In this document: positions 47,844 through 58,300 of the stretch, piece by piece | How the letters are laid out: every line of letters begins with the position of its first letter | How positions within the stretch are numbered: position 1 is the first letter of the stretch | Position numbers and translations under genes: made by a program | From: a virus | Lineage: Duplodnaviria > Caudoviricetes | DNA: 64,000 bases | Direction: 5' to 3' (one strand) | Virus record (IMG/VR): IMGVR_UViG_3300021514_000002 | Location: 256,001 to 320,000 of that record | The notes under the pieces: generated by a model | Told to the model about the DNA's origin: nothing | What the model saw: only the letters and a program-made list of their open reading frames with translations | Databases searched by the model: none

Positions 47844-49472
47844 ATGACAGCAAAATGGACGGGATATTTTAAGGTTGTTTCACCGCAACCCTCTACAACC
47901 AAAATGACAGATAGCCAGGAAATGGCTGACTCTGGCGCGTACAACAACTATACATGGTATCAACGATTAGTACAAGGTTCCGCATCACGTATGACGCGGT
48001 ATCGTGAATATGATCTCATGGATAATGACATTGAAGTCGCGCGTGCACTTGATACTATCGCAGAAGAAATGACAGGGAATAATCCTAAAACAAAAGAACC
48101 TCTTATTCTTGATATTATGACAGAAGATGAAGACAATGTTGAAGGCATTGCGGTTCTTACGTTGAAGGCAGCATTACGACGTTGGGCACATTTGCACAAT
48201 TTTCCAAATCGTTTATATGCCATTGCACGCTTAACAATAAAATATGGCGATGTTTTTTTCCGCAAAGGAAAAAAACTAAATGATAAGTGGCAATTCATTC
48301 ATCCTAAAAATATAATTGCAGCCGTTGTTGATGAACATGATGCAACTAAAGTTTTGGCATGGCAGATGAAAAAAGATATAGAAAAACCAAGAACTGGTGG
48401 TTATGCTATGCCAATCGGCGCTAAAGAAGATTCTGCACATGAAAGTGAAATTGTTTCAACTAATGAACTTATTCGCTTTTCGTTAAACGATGATATGTCA
48501 GATACCCAACCATTTGGTGAATCTGTTCTACGTCCAGTTTATCGTTCACACAAACAAAAAGAATTATTGGAAGATGCTGTTATTATCTATCGTGTACAAC
48601 GTGCACCTGAGCGTCGTGTATTCTATATTGATGTTGGTAAGATGCCTCCACAGCGTGTTAAACAATACCTTGAAGGTATTAAGAATGAAATTAAACAAAA
48701 GAAAATCCCAACACAAAATGGTGGACAATCAGAAGTAGATTCCGTTTATAACCCACATTCAATGAGTGAAGATTTCTTTTTCGCGTCACGACCAGATGGT
48801 CGTGGTTCACGCGTTGAAACATTACCAGGTGGTCAAGGTCTTGGTGAATTATCCGATCTTGAATACTTCCAACGTAAAGTCTGGCGTGGTTTGAAAGTTC
48901 CAGTCTCTTATATGATAGAACAACAAGAAGGTGGCCAAGTCTGGAATGATGGTAAAGTCGGCATCGCATATATTCAGGAATTGCGTTTTTCATTATACGT
49001 AGAACGACTACAAGGTTATCTTGAAAGAACATTAGATGCTGAATTTAAAGAATTCTTACGCAAGACGAATATCCGCATTGATGAATCAATGTATCGTATT
49101 ATGCTTCCAGAACCTTCTAACTTTGGTAAGTACAAACAACTTGAATTAGATAGTCAGTTACTTAGTGCATATACAACTCCAGATGGAATTAGTTATATGT
49201 CTAAACGATTTGCAATGAAACGCTATTTACAAATGTCTGATGAAGAAATGATTACCAATGAACGGTTAAAGCGCGAAGAATTAGGTATTGATGCTGATAG
49301 TACAGATCCTGCCGACTTACAAGCAATCTATGGTGCACCAGAAGAAGGTGCCATGGGCGGCATGACAGGTGGCCTAGGTGGTGGATTTGGTGGTGCAGAA
49401 TTAGGCATGAGCGGTGAACCCGCAACCCCAGAAAGTGGCACTCCACCCGCTGCTGCAACGCCAACAACATAA
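47844..49472 (+). CDS. 20: Portal protein (T4 gp20)
   Basis: PFGESVL....R..KQ..LLEDAVIIYRVQRAPERRVFYIDVG.MP, EDFF, VETLPGGQ.LGE..D..YF motifs; CATAAATA at 47796-47803; ATG 47844. Confidence 0.97.
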   Translation: MTAKWTGYFKVVSPQPSTTKMTDSQEMADSGAYNNYTWYQRLVQGSASRMTRYREYDLMDNDIEVARALDTIAEEMTGNNPKTKEPLILDIMTEDEDNVEGIAVLTLKAALRRWAHLHNFPNRLYAIARLTIKYGDVFFRKGKKLNDKWQFIHPKNIIAAVVDEHDATKVLAWQMKKDIEKPRTGGYAMPIGAKEDSAHESEIVSTNELIRFSLNDDMSDTQPFGESVLRPVYRSHKQKELLEDAVIIYRVQRAPERRVFYIDVGKMPPQRVKQYLEGIKNEIKQKKIPTQNGGQSEVDSVYNPHSMSEDFFFASRPDGRGSRVETLPGGQGLGELSDLEYFQRKVWRGLKVPVSYMIEQQEGGQVWNDGKVGIAYIQELRFSLYVERLQGYLERTLDAEFKEFLRKTNIRIDESMYRIMLPEPSNFGKYKQLELDSQLLSAYTTPDGISYMSKRFAMKRYLQMSDEEMITNERLKREELGIDADSTDPADLQAIYGAPEEGAMGGMTGGLGGGFGGAELGMSGEPATPESGTPPAAATPTT

Positions 49473-49518
49473 AAGTTTACATAAATATAATGAACCGTAT
49501 AAATAAAAGGAGATAACA

Positions 49519-49683
49519 ATGGCTGATACTGAACAACTTAGTAAAATGCTTGATAATTTAATTAATAAAAAGGATGAACAGGCGCAAGTTCACTTCCATG
49601 ATTATTTGCAAGGAAAAATGCAGGAAGTAATTCATGGTGATGAAGAAGTAAGCGAAGAACCTGATAATTCTATTACCAAATAA
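49519..49683 (+). CDS. Small prohead core protein (54 aa, not in the ORF track)
   Basis: AAGGAG RBS; TATAAATA at 49498-49505; MADTEQLSKMLDNLINKKDEQAQVHFHDYLQGKMQEVIHG..., paralogous to the N-terminus of the next gene. Confidence 0.8.
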   Translation: MADTEQLSKMLDNLINKKDEQAQVHFHDYLQGKMQEVIHGDEEVSEEPDNSITK

Positions 49684-49695
49684 GGGGAACACAAC

Positions 49696-50208
49696 ATGAG
49701 CAGCGGCACAAAAAAGGTATTATCTGCCACTAAAATAAAACAACAAGCTATCCAAAAGATGCTTGAATCTTTAATTACAGGTAATCCAGAAGAAGCAAGT
49801 GTGCAACTTCATGAATATCTTCAGTTAAAAACACGCGAATTAATCATTGGTGAATCGTCTGAAAAGGATGAAGATGAAGATGATAAAGAATGTGATGACG
49901 ACAAAGTCGATGACAAAGATGACAAAGATGACGACAAAGATGGTAAGGAAGATGTAAAAGAAACAGTTACACATCATCCTGACGGCGCAATGTCGCGTAC
50001 GATAAGTGGTCTTTTGAATTTTGAAAATGGTGGTAAGAAAACACTTAAGAAGCATGATAATTCTACCAAAGAACTTGATGGTACTAAAGTTGTAAAAACT
50101 AAATTCAAGTCTGGTGGTAAGCAACCTGCTAAAACACTTGAAAAAACCCCAAAACCTGAAAAGTTTAATGATGGTCGCTCTAAAGATTTAGGTACTACTA
50201 AATCTTAA
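49696..50208 (+). CDS. Prohead core protein (acidic, gp67/68-like position)
   Basis: Between portal and protease; D/E/K-rich. Confidence 0.65.
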   Translation: MSSGTKKVLSATKIKQQAIQKMLESLITGNPEEASVQLHEYLQLKTRELIIGESSEKDEDEDDKECDDDKVDDKDDKDDDKDGKEDVKETVTHHPDGAMSRTISGLLNFENGGKKTLKKHDNSTKELDGTKVVKTKFKSGGKQPAKTLEKTPKPEKFNDGRSKDLGTTKS

Positions 50209-50330
50209 TGTGGTGGTTTAAGGCACTATCTGTAATCAAAACAACATATACATGGATTGGTACATTACAGATGGTAGCCAAAATGGTTAAATGGTTAAAG
50301 AGATTTAAAAAAGAAGCAAAGGAAAGCTAA
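50208..50330 (+). CDS. 40-aa Trp-rich amphipathic cationic peptide (not in the ORF track)
   Basis: TAATG coupling; MWWFKALSVIKTTYTWIGTLQMVAKMVKWLKRFKKEAKES*. Confidence 0.4.
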   Translation: MWWFKALSVIKTTYTWIGTLQMVAKMVKWLKRFKKEAKES

Positions 50331-50339
50331 GGAAAGATT

Positions 50340-50978
50340 ATGTCACAACAATTATTATTTGAAGAACTAACACCATCGCAGGCAGGTTTGATTAAAGAAT
50401 CATCTCATGATGGTAAAGACACATGGTTAAATGGTATTTTCATGCAAGGTGGTATAAAGAACCGTAATGGGCGTCTTTATCCTATGAATGAAATCCAAGC
50501 CGCAGTATCTTCTGCACAGATGCGAATTAAAGAATCAAATGGTATATTTGGTGAACTTGATCATCCGCAAACACTAACAATTAATCTTGATCGCATTTCG
50601 CATGTTATCACTGAATTAGCAGTTAATGGTAATAATGCAGTCGGTAAGGCTAAATTACTTAATACCCCTATGGGCAATATTGCAAAAGAACTTGCTAACT
50701 CTGGTGTTGCGTTAGGTGTATCTTCGCGTGGTGCAGGTCAAGTGAATGAAAATGGTGGTGTTCAAGGATTCAACTTTGTTACTGTTGATATTGTTGCACA
50801 ACCTTCTGCACCGAATGCTTATCCAACTACGGTCATTGAATCATTGGACATTGCAAAGAATGGTCATAATATTCTTGATCTTTCCGAAGCAGTTCGTTAC
50901 GACCCAGCAGCACAAAAATATTTCAAAAAAGAAATTGAAAAGTGGTTAAATACTGGACTTTTTGCAAAATGCAAATAA
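50340..50978 (+). CDS. 21: Prohead protease (T4 gp21)
   Basis: GIFMQGGIKNRNGRLYP, GELDHP, NTPMGNI, GVSSRGAG, VDIVAQPSAPNAYP motifs. Confidence 0.97.
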   Translation: MSQQLLFEELTPSQAGLIKESSHDGKDTWLNGIFMQGGIKNRNGRLYPMNEIQAAVSSAQMRIKESNGIFGELDHPQTLTINLDRISHVITELAVNGNNAVGKAKLLNTPMGNIAKELANSGVALGVSSRGAGQVNENGGVQGFNFVTVDIVAQPSAPNAYPTTVIESLDIAKNGHNILDLSEAVRYDPAAQKYFKKEIEKWLNTGLFAKCK

Positions 50979-51038
50979 ACAAAAATAAAAGTTCAATTAT
51001 TTTAACTTTTTATTGCATCGTAAGTGCATGAAATTATT

Positions 51039-51075
51039 AAGGATTTTGTCTGTTAAAAGACAAGATCCTTTTTTT
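51039..51075 (+). terminator. Intrinsic terminator-like hairpin
   Basis: AAGGATTTTGTC-TGTTAAAA-GACAAGATCCTT followed by a T-run; late promoter AATAAATA follows at 51087-51094. Confidence 0.6.
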
Positions 51076-51158
51076 GTTGCGTCTTTAATAAATATTTAAC
51101 ATAGAAATATTACTAACTACTTGAAATACAAAACAGTTTTAAACATTAGGAGAAAAAA

Positions 51159-52139
51159 ATGGAAGAACTACTGCAAAAACTATTGGAAGCAGAAGTGCTA
51201 TCTGAAGATACTAAGAAAGAATTAGAAAGCGCTTTCCAACAAAAGTTGGACGAAGCTATAACTGCTGCCAAAGATGATGCAGCTGCCGATGTCCGTGCCG
51301 AGCTTACTGAACAGTGGGTTGTAGAACGTGATCAGCTTATAGAAGCCGTCGATTCCAAAGTAACAGAATTTCTTGGAAAAGAAGTTGAAGAATTAAAAGA
51401 AGATATCGAACGCTTTCGTGATCTCGAAGCTGAATATGCTGAAAAATTAGTTGAATCTAAAGCAGCTATGTCAGATGAGTTGAAAGATGATTTGATGGAA
51501 CTTGTAGAAAAAGTTGATGCGTTCTTAGAAATCCGCCTTGGTGCTGAAATCGAAGAATTACGTGAAGATCTTGAAAGCGTTCGTAAGAATGATTTTGGTC
51601 GTCGTGTATTTGAAGCATTTTCTGATGAGTTCATGGTTAACTACTCTGATGAAGAATCAGCAGAAGTATCATTACGTGAAACTCAAGAACGTCTTCGTGA
51701 CGCAGAAGACGCATTAGTGGAATCTGAATCCAAGCGTGCTGAAACAGATCGTACTATCGCAATGGAAACAATTTTATCATCACTTGCTGGACGCCAGCGC
51801 GAAGTGATGGAAGCAATCCTCCGAAACGTTGACACGGATCATTTGGAAGAAGGCTATAAGACCTTTATTGGTCGCGTAATCCGTGAAACAGATAACTCAG
51901 AGAAGGAAGGTTCAGTACTAGCTGAGAGTGAAGAAAAAGATGACGACAATGACGACAACGATGATAAGAAATCTAAGAAAGCTAAGTCTAAAGAAGGTAA
52001 AGACGAAGACGATAAGAAAGAAAAGATCGAAGAAGGCACAAAAGTCACAGGCAATACCGAAGAAATGATTATTGAGACTGCAGATCCTGCAAATAAAGCT
52101 CAACTTGATTATCTTCGTAAACTCGCAGGCATTAACTAA
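51159..52139 (+). CDS. 22: Prohead scaffolding protein (T4 gp22-like)
   Basis: Acidic coiled coil; GRRVFEAF motif; between gp21 and gp23. Confidence 0.88.
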   Translation: MEELLQKLLEAEVLSEDTKKELESAFQQKLDEAITAAKDDAAADVRAELTEQWVVERDQLIEAVDSKVTEFLGKEVEELKEDIERFRDLEAEYAEKLVESKAAMSDELKDDLMELVEKVDAFLEIRLGAEIEELREDLESVRKNDFGRRVFEAFSDEFMVNYSDEESAEVSLRETQERLRDAEDALVESESKRAETDRTIAMETILSSLAGRQREVMEAILRNVDTDHLEEGYKTFIGRVIRETDNSEKEGSVLAESEEKDDDNDDNDDKKSKKAKSKEGKDEDDKKEKIEEGTKVTGNTEEMIIETADPANKAQLDYLRKLAGIN

Positions 52140-52169
52140 AAATTATTTAAACTTCTAGGAGAAGAAAAA

Positions 52170-53651
52170 ATGAACGAATTATTCGAAAACTGGGCAGAAA
52201 CTAAAGCAGCATTGCTTGAAGGTCTTGACGCTCAAAAACAAAAGGTCGTAGCACCGCTGTTAGAAAATCAGAAAAATCATTTGATTGCTGAATCTGCAGC
52301 CGCTGGTTCTACTGCCGCACACGATATCGCTGGTTTCAGAAAGATTTTAATCCCAATGATCCGACGTATCATTCCAGGTACAATTGCTACTGAGCTTGTT
52401 GGTGTTCAACCAATGACTGGTCCAGTTGGACTTGTATACACTTTACGTTACCGTTATACTGAAAGCGTATCTGCTACTTCACATGCTAACCCATTTGGTC
52501 TTCCAGGTGCAATTACAGCTGGTGATGAAGTATTTGGTAACAGTTCACCAATCCGTCAATGGTATTCTGGCGCAGCTGGTCAACCTGTAGGTTCACCGTT
52601 AGTTGCTTCTGATGCACAGCCACAAGCACCTGGTGCCGGCGCTATCGCAGGTACAGACGCAGATGGAACAGTTGGTGCTGAAGCAATTGATACTGCATTG
52701 GCTTCTGGTCAAGCATGGCCTTCAAGCTTAGGTGCTTCTGCTGGTAACATTGGTTACGTTGACGGTCTTGGCCGTACAGTAGCTGGTTCAGTTTGGGGTG
52801 GTTCTGGTAGCTTTATTGAAGGTTCTGGTGGTCGTAAGATGACTATGGACGTTGTTAGTCAATCAGTTGAAGCTGGTTCACGTAAGTTACAAGCTGGTTG
52901 GACTATTGAAGCTATGCAAGATCTTAATGCACAGCACGGTTTAGATCTTGAATCTGAAATGACACAGGCATTGTCTGCTGAAATCGTTCAAGAAATTGAT
53001 CAAGAAATCATTACTGATCTTCTTGCCCTTGCAGGTACAGTAGATACATTTGATGGCGCTGGCGCTGGACAGTACAGCTTTAACAGTACTTCTGGTAACT
53101 ATGCACCTGCATATGTTGGTGATCGTCTTGCTAACCTTGGTGTTATCATCAATCGTGTTGCAAATGAAATCGCACGTAAGACTCGTCGTGGCGCTGGCAA
53201 CTTTATCGTTGTTTCTCCACTTATCGTTTCTGTTCTTCAGTCTGCTGCTAAGTCAGTATTCGCACCAGCTGTTGAAGGTTCATTCAAAGGTCCTAACAAC
53301 TCTATGTTAGTTGGTACTTTAAACGGGACTATCAAAGTATATAGTTACCTTTGGAACCAAGCAGGTGCAAACCTTGATCTTGGTGGTGGTGCTTCACCGC
53401 TTGAAAGTGCAAATGATACAATCCTTGTTGGTTATAAAGGTGGAAACGGAGAAACTGATACTGGTTACTTCTACTGCCCTTACATTCCATTGATGTCTTC
53501 TGGTGTTGTTGTTAATCCAACTACATTCCAACCAGTTGTTAGTTTAATGACTCGCTACGGTAAGTCTGTTTTCACTAACACTGAAACATCCTTGGGCAAT
53601 TCTGCAGATTATTACGGGAAAATAAATGTTGCAAATCTTGACCTTGTATAA
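52170..53651 (+). CDS. 23: Major capsid protein (T4 gp23)
   Basis: GVQPMTGPVGLVYTLR, SRKLQA.WT.EA.QDL...HGLD.E.E, FYCPYIPL, TRYG motifs. Confidence 0.98.
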   Translation: MNELFENWAETKAALLEGLDAQKQKVVAPLLENQKNHLIAESAAAGSTAAHDIAGFRKILIPMIRRIIPGTIATELVGVQPMTGPVGLVYTLRYRYTESVSATSHANPFGLPGAITAGDEVFGNSSPIRQWYSGAAGQPVGSPLVASDAQPQAPGAGAIAGTDADGTVGAEAIDTALASGQAWPSSLGASAGNIGYVDGLGRTVAGSVWGGSGSFIEGSGGRKMTMDVVSQSVEAGSRKLQAGWTIEAMQDLNAQHGLDLESEMTQALSAEIVQEIDQEIITDLLALAGTVDTFDGAGAGQYSFNSTSGNYAPAYVGDRLANLGVIINRVANEIARKTRRGAGNFIVVSPLIVSVLQSAAKSVFAPAVEGSFKGPNNSMLVGTLNGTIKVYSYLWNQAGANLDLGGGASPLESANDTILVGYKGGNGETDTGYFYCPYIPLMSSGVVVNPTTFQPVVSLMTRYGKSVFTNTETSLGNSADYYGKINVANLDLV

Positions 53652-53702
53652 GGTTCTTGATAAACTACATTAAGTTTATTCTATAATATCTACATGTACG
53701 TA

Positions 53703-53738
53703 GAACAAAAAAGCCACCCAACGGTGGCTTTTTTGTTC
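53703..53738 (+). terminator. Intrinsic terminator after the major capsid gene
   Basis: GAACAAAAAAGCCACC-CAAC-GGTGGCTTTTTTGTTC. Confidence 0.92.
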
Positions 53739-53800
53739 CTAATTGTGGATTCGCACATACTATTATGGTTGTGATATATAATATCGATAAAGGAAATAAT

Positions 53801-54601
53801 ATGACATATAACTATCCAAAAACTAATGCAAATCTTAATACAACATATCCTGACAAATTGAAAGATATTGGATTAACGTTATTAGAACAATATACTGGTT
53901 CTAAAAAACACCATTTAATGAAATGTAACACATGTGAACATGAATGGTCGGCAACACCAAAATCTAAGATTGCAAACTTCAAGAAATTTGGAAAGGGTGG
54001 ATGTCCAGAATGTACTAAACGACTAAGAGAAGAAAATGATTATATTCCAAAACGCAAAGCATTCATCCAAAAAATTCTGAATAACGGATTTGAAATATTA
54101 TCAGATTATGATGGTAGTCAAGAATTAAATAATAAATTTACTGTTCGTAATATTAAATGTGGTCATGTTTTTGAAACAAGACCAAAGAATATTATATCAA
54201 GAAACGTAAATTGTCCTATCTGTAATACGCAACGCAAACGCGAAGCTTTCCAACAATTCAACATAGAAAGACAAGAAGAATACCAAAAAACAGCATCTGA
54301 CTGGAACATCTATCGTCATTGTGTATATCAACTTACGCGTCAAACTTATAAAGAACACCAATCTACTATAAATCCCACAAACCTTCCACGAGGTAAAGCG
54401 GGAGTTGATGGTGCTTATCATCTTGATCATATCGTACCCGTTCGTTATTGTTTTAACAACAATATACCATCCGATATCTGTGCTCATTCATCAAACCTTC
54501 AAATGCTTAATTGGAACGATAACGTAGGTTCGCGAGATAAATTAAAACTCGACTTACCAATCCCAACCATATTACAAGAATATGTAAATTCAACATCATA
54601 A
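53801..54601 (+). CDS. Free-standing HNH endonuclease with two N-terminal zinc ribbons (homing-endonuclease-like)
   Basis: CNTCEH...CPEC, CGH...CPIC, YHLDHIVP...NLQML...N; ATG 53801 with AAGGA RBS. Confidence 0.75.
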   Translation: MTYNYPKTNANLNTTYPDKLKDIGLTLLEQYTGSKKHHLMKCNTCEHEWSATPKSKIANFKKFGKGGCPECTKRLREENDYIPKRKAFIQKILNNGFEILSDYDGSQELNNKFTVRNIKCGHVFETRPKNIISRNVNCPICNTQRKREAFQQFNIERQEEYQKTASDWNIYRHCVYQLTRQTYKEHQSTINPTNLPRGKAGVDGAYHLDHIVPVRYCFNNNIPSDICAHSSNLQMLNWNDNVGSRDKLKLDLPIPTILQEYVNSTS

Positions 54602-54655
54602 CGTTCATAAATATAAATATAATAAACAACAAAAACAATATATGGATTTTTTATA

Positions 54656-54994
54656 ATGGGAATCAATTTAACCTTTAAAGAATATCTTGAATCGAAAGAA
54701 AAGTTGCGCGAAGCGATTAAAATCACTCCTCAACAAACCGTCCAGTATACGGTTAATAAGTATTGTAAACTTATCGTCGGTGAATCTAAAGATGAAAAGC
54801 AACAGATAAACTTAAAACCAAATCAATCGATTATAGTTGAATGGCTCTATAATGATATTGATAATCCAACTCCACTAAACATCACATTTGAAGGTGTTTG
54901 TCCTAATATAGATACACTTAAATATAGTAGTTATTGGCAACCACATAAACTACAAAAATGGTTATTAAATAATACCCGCGAACAAAGATCTTAA
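54656..54994 (+). CDS. Hypothetical late protein, possible internal head protein
   Basis: TATAAATA at 54612-54619; N-terminal LTFKEYLE. Confidence 0.65.
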   Translation: MGINLTFKEYLESKEKLREAIKITPQQTVQYTVNKYCKLIVGESKDEKQQINLKPNQSIIVEWLYNDIDNPTPLNITFEGVCPNIDTLKYSSYWQPHKLQKWLLNNTREQRS

Positions 54995-55045
54995 TTTTTA
55001 ACACCTCACGTATAAATATAATAAAGCCACAAACGGGGATTGGTC

Positions 55046-55222
55046 ATGACTAAATTTAGTACTTTTAGAGAATTTTTACTTACAGAAAAAAAGAAGCCAG
55101 ATGTAGATAGCGATGGTATTCCTGACTGGGCAGACAAAGACAGTAATGGTAAGGAAGAAGAGAAAGCATCAGATGATAATTCTAATAAATCTGATAAAGC
55201 TACGGAAAAGAAAAAAGACTAA
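55046..55222 (+). CDS. Small late protein with a DxDxDG-type motif
   Basis: TATAAATA at 55011-55018; STFREFLLTE leader; DVDSDGIPDWAD. Confidence 0.6.
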   Translation: MTKFSTFREFLLTEKKKPDVDSDGIPDWADKDSNGKEEEKASDDNSNKSDKATEKKKD

Positions 55223-55330
55223 TATCTTATTTTATTCTAAATCCTACAAAAGAACAAAAATGTCGTCTTCAAAACAAACTTTCACCTGCCAATAGTATAA
55301 ATACTTTGTAGCATACTACAGGAGTATTAT

Positions 55331-58300
55331 ATGTCCGGATTTGACCCGATTGGCGATTCTGCAAATAGCCTACGAACAGAAGGCCAGGAAATAAAATTAA
55401 AATTCAAACAAGGCGTCCCTGCGACTAGTCAAGGGACGATTGAATGGAATATACCAGTACCCGCACATGGTTGTGTTTCTGGCGAAACAGGCGCATATGC
55501 AGGTATTATATTTCTTCTTAGCACTGAACCCCTTGATGCCACAAATATTCCACAAGATGGGACAGTTTATGTAGCAGATCCAACCGCAGATTTTGATTTA
55601 AGTACAGCAGATATGATTGGCAATGCCATTGTTGTTGGTGCGGTATACGAATGTGAACAGAAAGGCCGTGGTGAAACATTAACAACTTCTCTTGTTATAA
55701 GTAATTTACAACAAGGTATATCATACTACTTGGGCGGTTACGCAGTAGATTGTCAATATCGTTATCATTCCGATGGTATCCGCTCCTATTCTGATTCTTA
55801 TGGTGAAAAGGATGGTACTAGTATACCATCTACCCAAACTATTAGTCTTGGCAACGAGTCAACAGGCGTGTTGCCAACAGATGGCACAGGATTAGTTCCC
55901 AGTGTTAATTATGAGTTTGATTTGATCGTAGATAATTCATTCCCTAATGGGTATGATTATAAGACGATACCGATTACAATTGATGGTATTAACGCAGGCA
56001 CGTATCAAGATTTATTAGACACAATTAAAGCACAGATAAAATTATCCGATAATCCACCACAATCGCCTGTTCCACCACATACTAATGATTTTTATTGGAA
56101 CGCAACAGAAGAAGAATTATATCAATACGATGGTACTAATTATAATTTAATAGACGTTATAAAAGAACTTACTGATCCTGCTAATGTAGTGGTAGGTACA
56201 TATTGGTATAATCCTACTAGTAAAGTTTTACAGAATTATGATAGTCTCGCAGGCTCACCAATACCAGCCGCCACGTGGAACGTTGTTAACTTTTTGGAAA
56301 CTGAATCTGATCCAACAAATCCAGCATGTGATTTATATTGGTACGATAGTACGCTCGCACGTAAATGGGATGGTTCTACTTGGTGCAATCAAGTAACATT
56401 AATATCATCAACAGACCCAAGCGATTACCCTACATTAGATTGTGGTACATATTGGTACGATTCAACTAATACGACATTATTCGGATGGGACAATATATGG
56501 GTAGAAAAATCAGCTATTTATTGGCCAGAGGCTCCCACCGCGTTATCTAATGGTACTTATTGGTTCAACAATACGTCTTCTGAAATGTTCCGTAGGGTTT
56601 CATCTGCGTGGACTGACATTACAATAACCACAAAGATTCAAGAAACCGAGCCAACTGTTCTATTGGATGGTATTGTATGGTATAAACCATCAACAGAAGA
56701 ATTAAAAGTATATTCAACAGGCTCACCTTTTGGATGGATACTAACAGACGTATTAGTTTGGGCAGACGATCCAACAGATATAACATCATGTGATTTATGG
56801 TGGAACCAAACAACAAACGTTTTATCTGTCTGGGATGTTGTTAATAGTGAATGGGATGCGGTTGTCAGTTTTACTATTTCCGTATTAGATCCTGCTTTAC
56901 CTGTAGTAATAGTAACTGATACTGTTTGGTATGAACCTACTAATGGTGTTTTGACGCGCTGGGATGGTAGCGATTGGGTTTCTACTACACATGTAGAGAA
57001 AGCAACCGATCCAACACAACCTAGTGTTGGCGAAGGTTGGTATAAACCATCAACAAACACATGGAATATATGGAATACTCCAGTTGCAGGGTGGAATATA
57101 ATAGATCCTATTGATGCCATTATTGATCCAACTAGTATACCAAATGGAACTTACTGGTTTGATACCACCACCATTGCATTAAATGTTCGCAACGGCATTA
57201 GTTGGATTTCTGTAACATTTTCTACAGTGCCATTCGTTCCAGCAAGAAAAAGTTTATGGTTTGATACTTCAACCTCGGTACTAAATGAATGGAATGGTAC
57301 TATGTGGACTGAAGCCACTCCTACTGTAGAAGTATATTTTAATACGGCAGGTGGTATAACTTTCCGTACAGTAAAAAGAGGAAGTGATACTGCTATTTTA
57401 GTACCAGTACCTCCTGGTTCTCTTTCAGCAACTGATACCGTTGTTAATGGTTTTGCAGATTTTTCTGAATTCGATATAGACCCCGTATCAGGATATACAT
57501 TCGAGCGTGAGACATCTGGACGAATATACACAGCACGAAATATTCCAGCTAATTCGTTTCTATGGAGTAATTTAAAATACGTAGGTAAAATTCAATTTCC
57601 AGGTGCTGGTAATGATGGTAAATCTGGCGTACCTTCTTATGCTGAGCTTGGTGTTGGTGATGACGGAACTCCTGATGAACGTCGTGAATTAATGGATAGT
57701 ATTCGCTCCCAACTTGGTTATCCCGTAGTCGATGTTGAGTTAACCAATTATCAATTAGATACTGCAATCCAAGGTGCACTTGAATCATTCAGAAAACGTT
57801 CTGGCGCTGCTACGCATAGAGGGTTCTTTTTCTTAAATATTGAACCAGGAAAACAACAATATATATTAACAAACAAAGCGTTGGGATACAATAAAATTGT
57901 TACTATTATGGAAGCTAAACGCTTTACATCTGCATTCTTATCATCTGCGCATGGTTCAGGGGTTTATGGTCAAGTAGTATTGCAGCATTTATATAATATG
58001 GGTACTTTTGATTTAACTAGTTTTCATTTGGTGGCACAATATGTTGAACAATTGGAACACTTATTCTCGACTAGGTTAACGTTTACATTCCATGAAAGTG
58101 ATCGTGTTTTTTCATTGTTTAATTCTTTTACCCGCCCTGAAAAGATATTACTTGATTGTATGGTCGAGCGAACAGAACAAGATTTACTTAAAGATAGATA
58201 TATTAAAACATGGATTGAGCGATATGCGTTATCAGAAGCAATGATGATGTTAGCGCATATTCGTGGTAAATTTGCATCATTACCTGGTGCAGGCGGTGGT

